Shown here one piece after another: positions 63,200-64,000 of a stretch of DNA of 64,000 nucleotides. The number at the start of each line of letters is the position of its first letter. Within the stretch, counting starts at the first letter, position 1. Where the stretch lies: the NCBI RefSeq assembly GCF_026210795.1, contig NC_089430.1, positions 4,154,001 through 4,218,000 on the forward strand, written 5' to 3'. This DNA comes from Rhizophagus irregularis (lineage: Eukaryota). The notes below the pieces were generated by a model. That model was not told the origin of the DNA, did no database searches, and saw only the letters and a list, made by a program, of their open reading frames with translations. The position numbers and the translations under genes were made by a program.

Positions 63200-63290
63200 A
63201 CATAGGTTCAGTTTCTGGGATCGGACATCCGACATGGCGTCATCAAACGTAGAAGTATATAGTCCTTCATTAAACTTTAGACTAAAAATA
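63200..63290 (-). mobile_element. 5' fragment of a HINE-like element
   Basis: Minus strand TTTTAGTC...GAAGGACTATATAC...TGTCGGATGTCCG resembles 33746-33800. Confidence 0.45.
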
Positions 63291-64000
63291 AAATTTTTTT
63301 TATTTTCTGATTTAAAACTGCGGTTAACACATAATACAAAAAATGTCATGGCATTCATATTATTTCATAGTCATGACAAGATATAAGTAATACAATATTG
63401 TATGACTTTTTTAAATCATTTTTTAAAAATATTTAAAAAGTTCGGAAAAATAATTAAAACTTTTTTTTTAAAAAGAATAATTTTTTGATAATTTGGCAAA
63501 TGAAACGCACTTAGATCAAATTACTAAACTATCAAAGATTTTCATTTTTAATACTAGTAAATGACTGCCGCAATTTATCGAGTTTTTTTTTGAAACCAAT
63601 TCAAAATATATGAAAATGATGATGATCTTATAAAATGAGTAAAATTCTCTAACTTTCCTAATAACCCTATTCCTAACAACACTAATCCTAAGCCCTATAA
63701 ATTTTGCTGCGCCACCAAGAATGAACTAGTATTGTTAATATCAGTTCTTTTATTGTTTATTAATATAAACAAAAGATTATTTAGGGTAAGCAGAAGGTAT
63801 ATAGGTATAAGTAATATGACGATAATTAATGCAAGGTTAATAAACAAAATAATATCAATTGACCAAATTTACTTCAAATCCGATCAGATGTGAATAAAGT
63901 ATTGCACTCCCAAATGGCAAATACGATCAGACACAACAATAAAAATCAATAGGTTAGGTGTATATGACAATAATTAACAACGAGATAACCAAAGATATAA

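Overview
Very AT-rich, intron-containing eukaryotic DNA. The gene families (BTB-BACK-TLDc proteins, Cys-motif TKL-like kinases with HxDxHxGN catalytic loops) point to an arbuscular mycorrhizal fungus (Glomeromycotina, Rhizophagus-like); this is an inference from family content. The window is a gene-family birth-and-death region. It holds (i) the first exon of a PARP-like ADP-ribosyltransferase gene, (ii) five intact two-exon BTB-BACK-TLDc genes plus one decayed copy, and (iii) a head-to-tail array of four 4-exon kinase genes (two intact, two frameshifted) with localized hypervariable patches and a conversion-like tract, plus three further kinase remnants. Single-copy genes are (iv) a single-exon membrane protein with DEG/ENaC-like sequence hallmarks, (v) an MBOAT_2/wax-synthase-type acyltransferase, (vi) a small secreted Kex2/Ste13-type propeptide gene or pseudogene missed by the ORF track, and (vii) a vWA pseudogene. 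Non-autonomous mobile elements are dense: four hAT-type MITEs with perfect 8-bp TSDs, Tc1/mariner/pogo-type and MULE-type MITEs, a family of Helentron/HINE-like elements, a solo LTR and a CACTA-type transposase relic. No rRNA, tRNA or CRISPR array was seen. Exon coordinates were derived by hand from GT-AG sites and paralog comparison.
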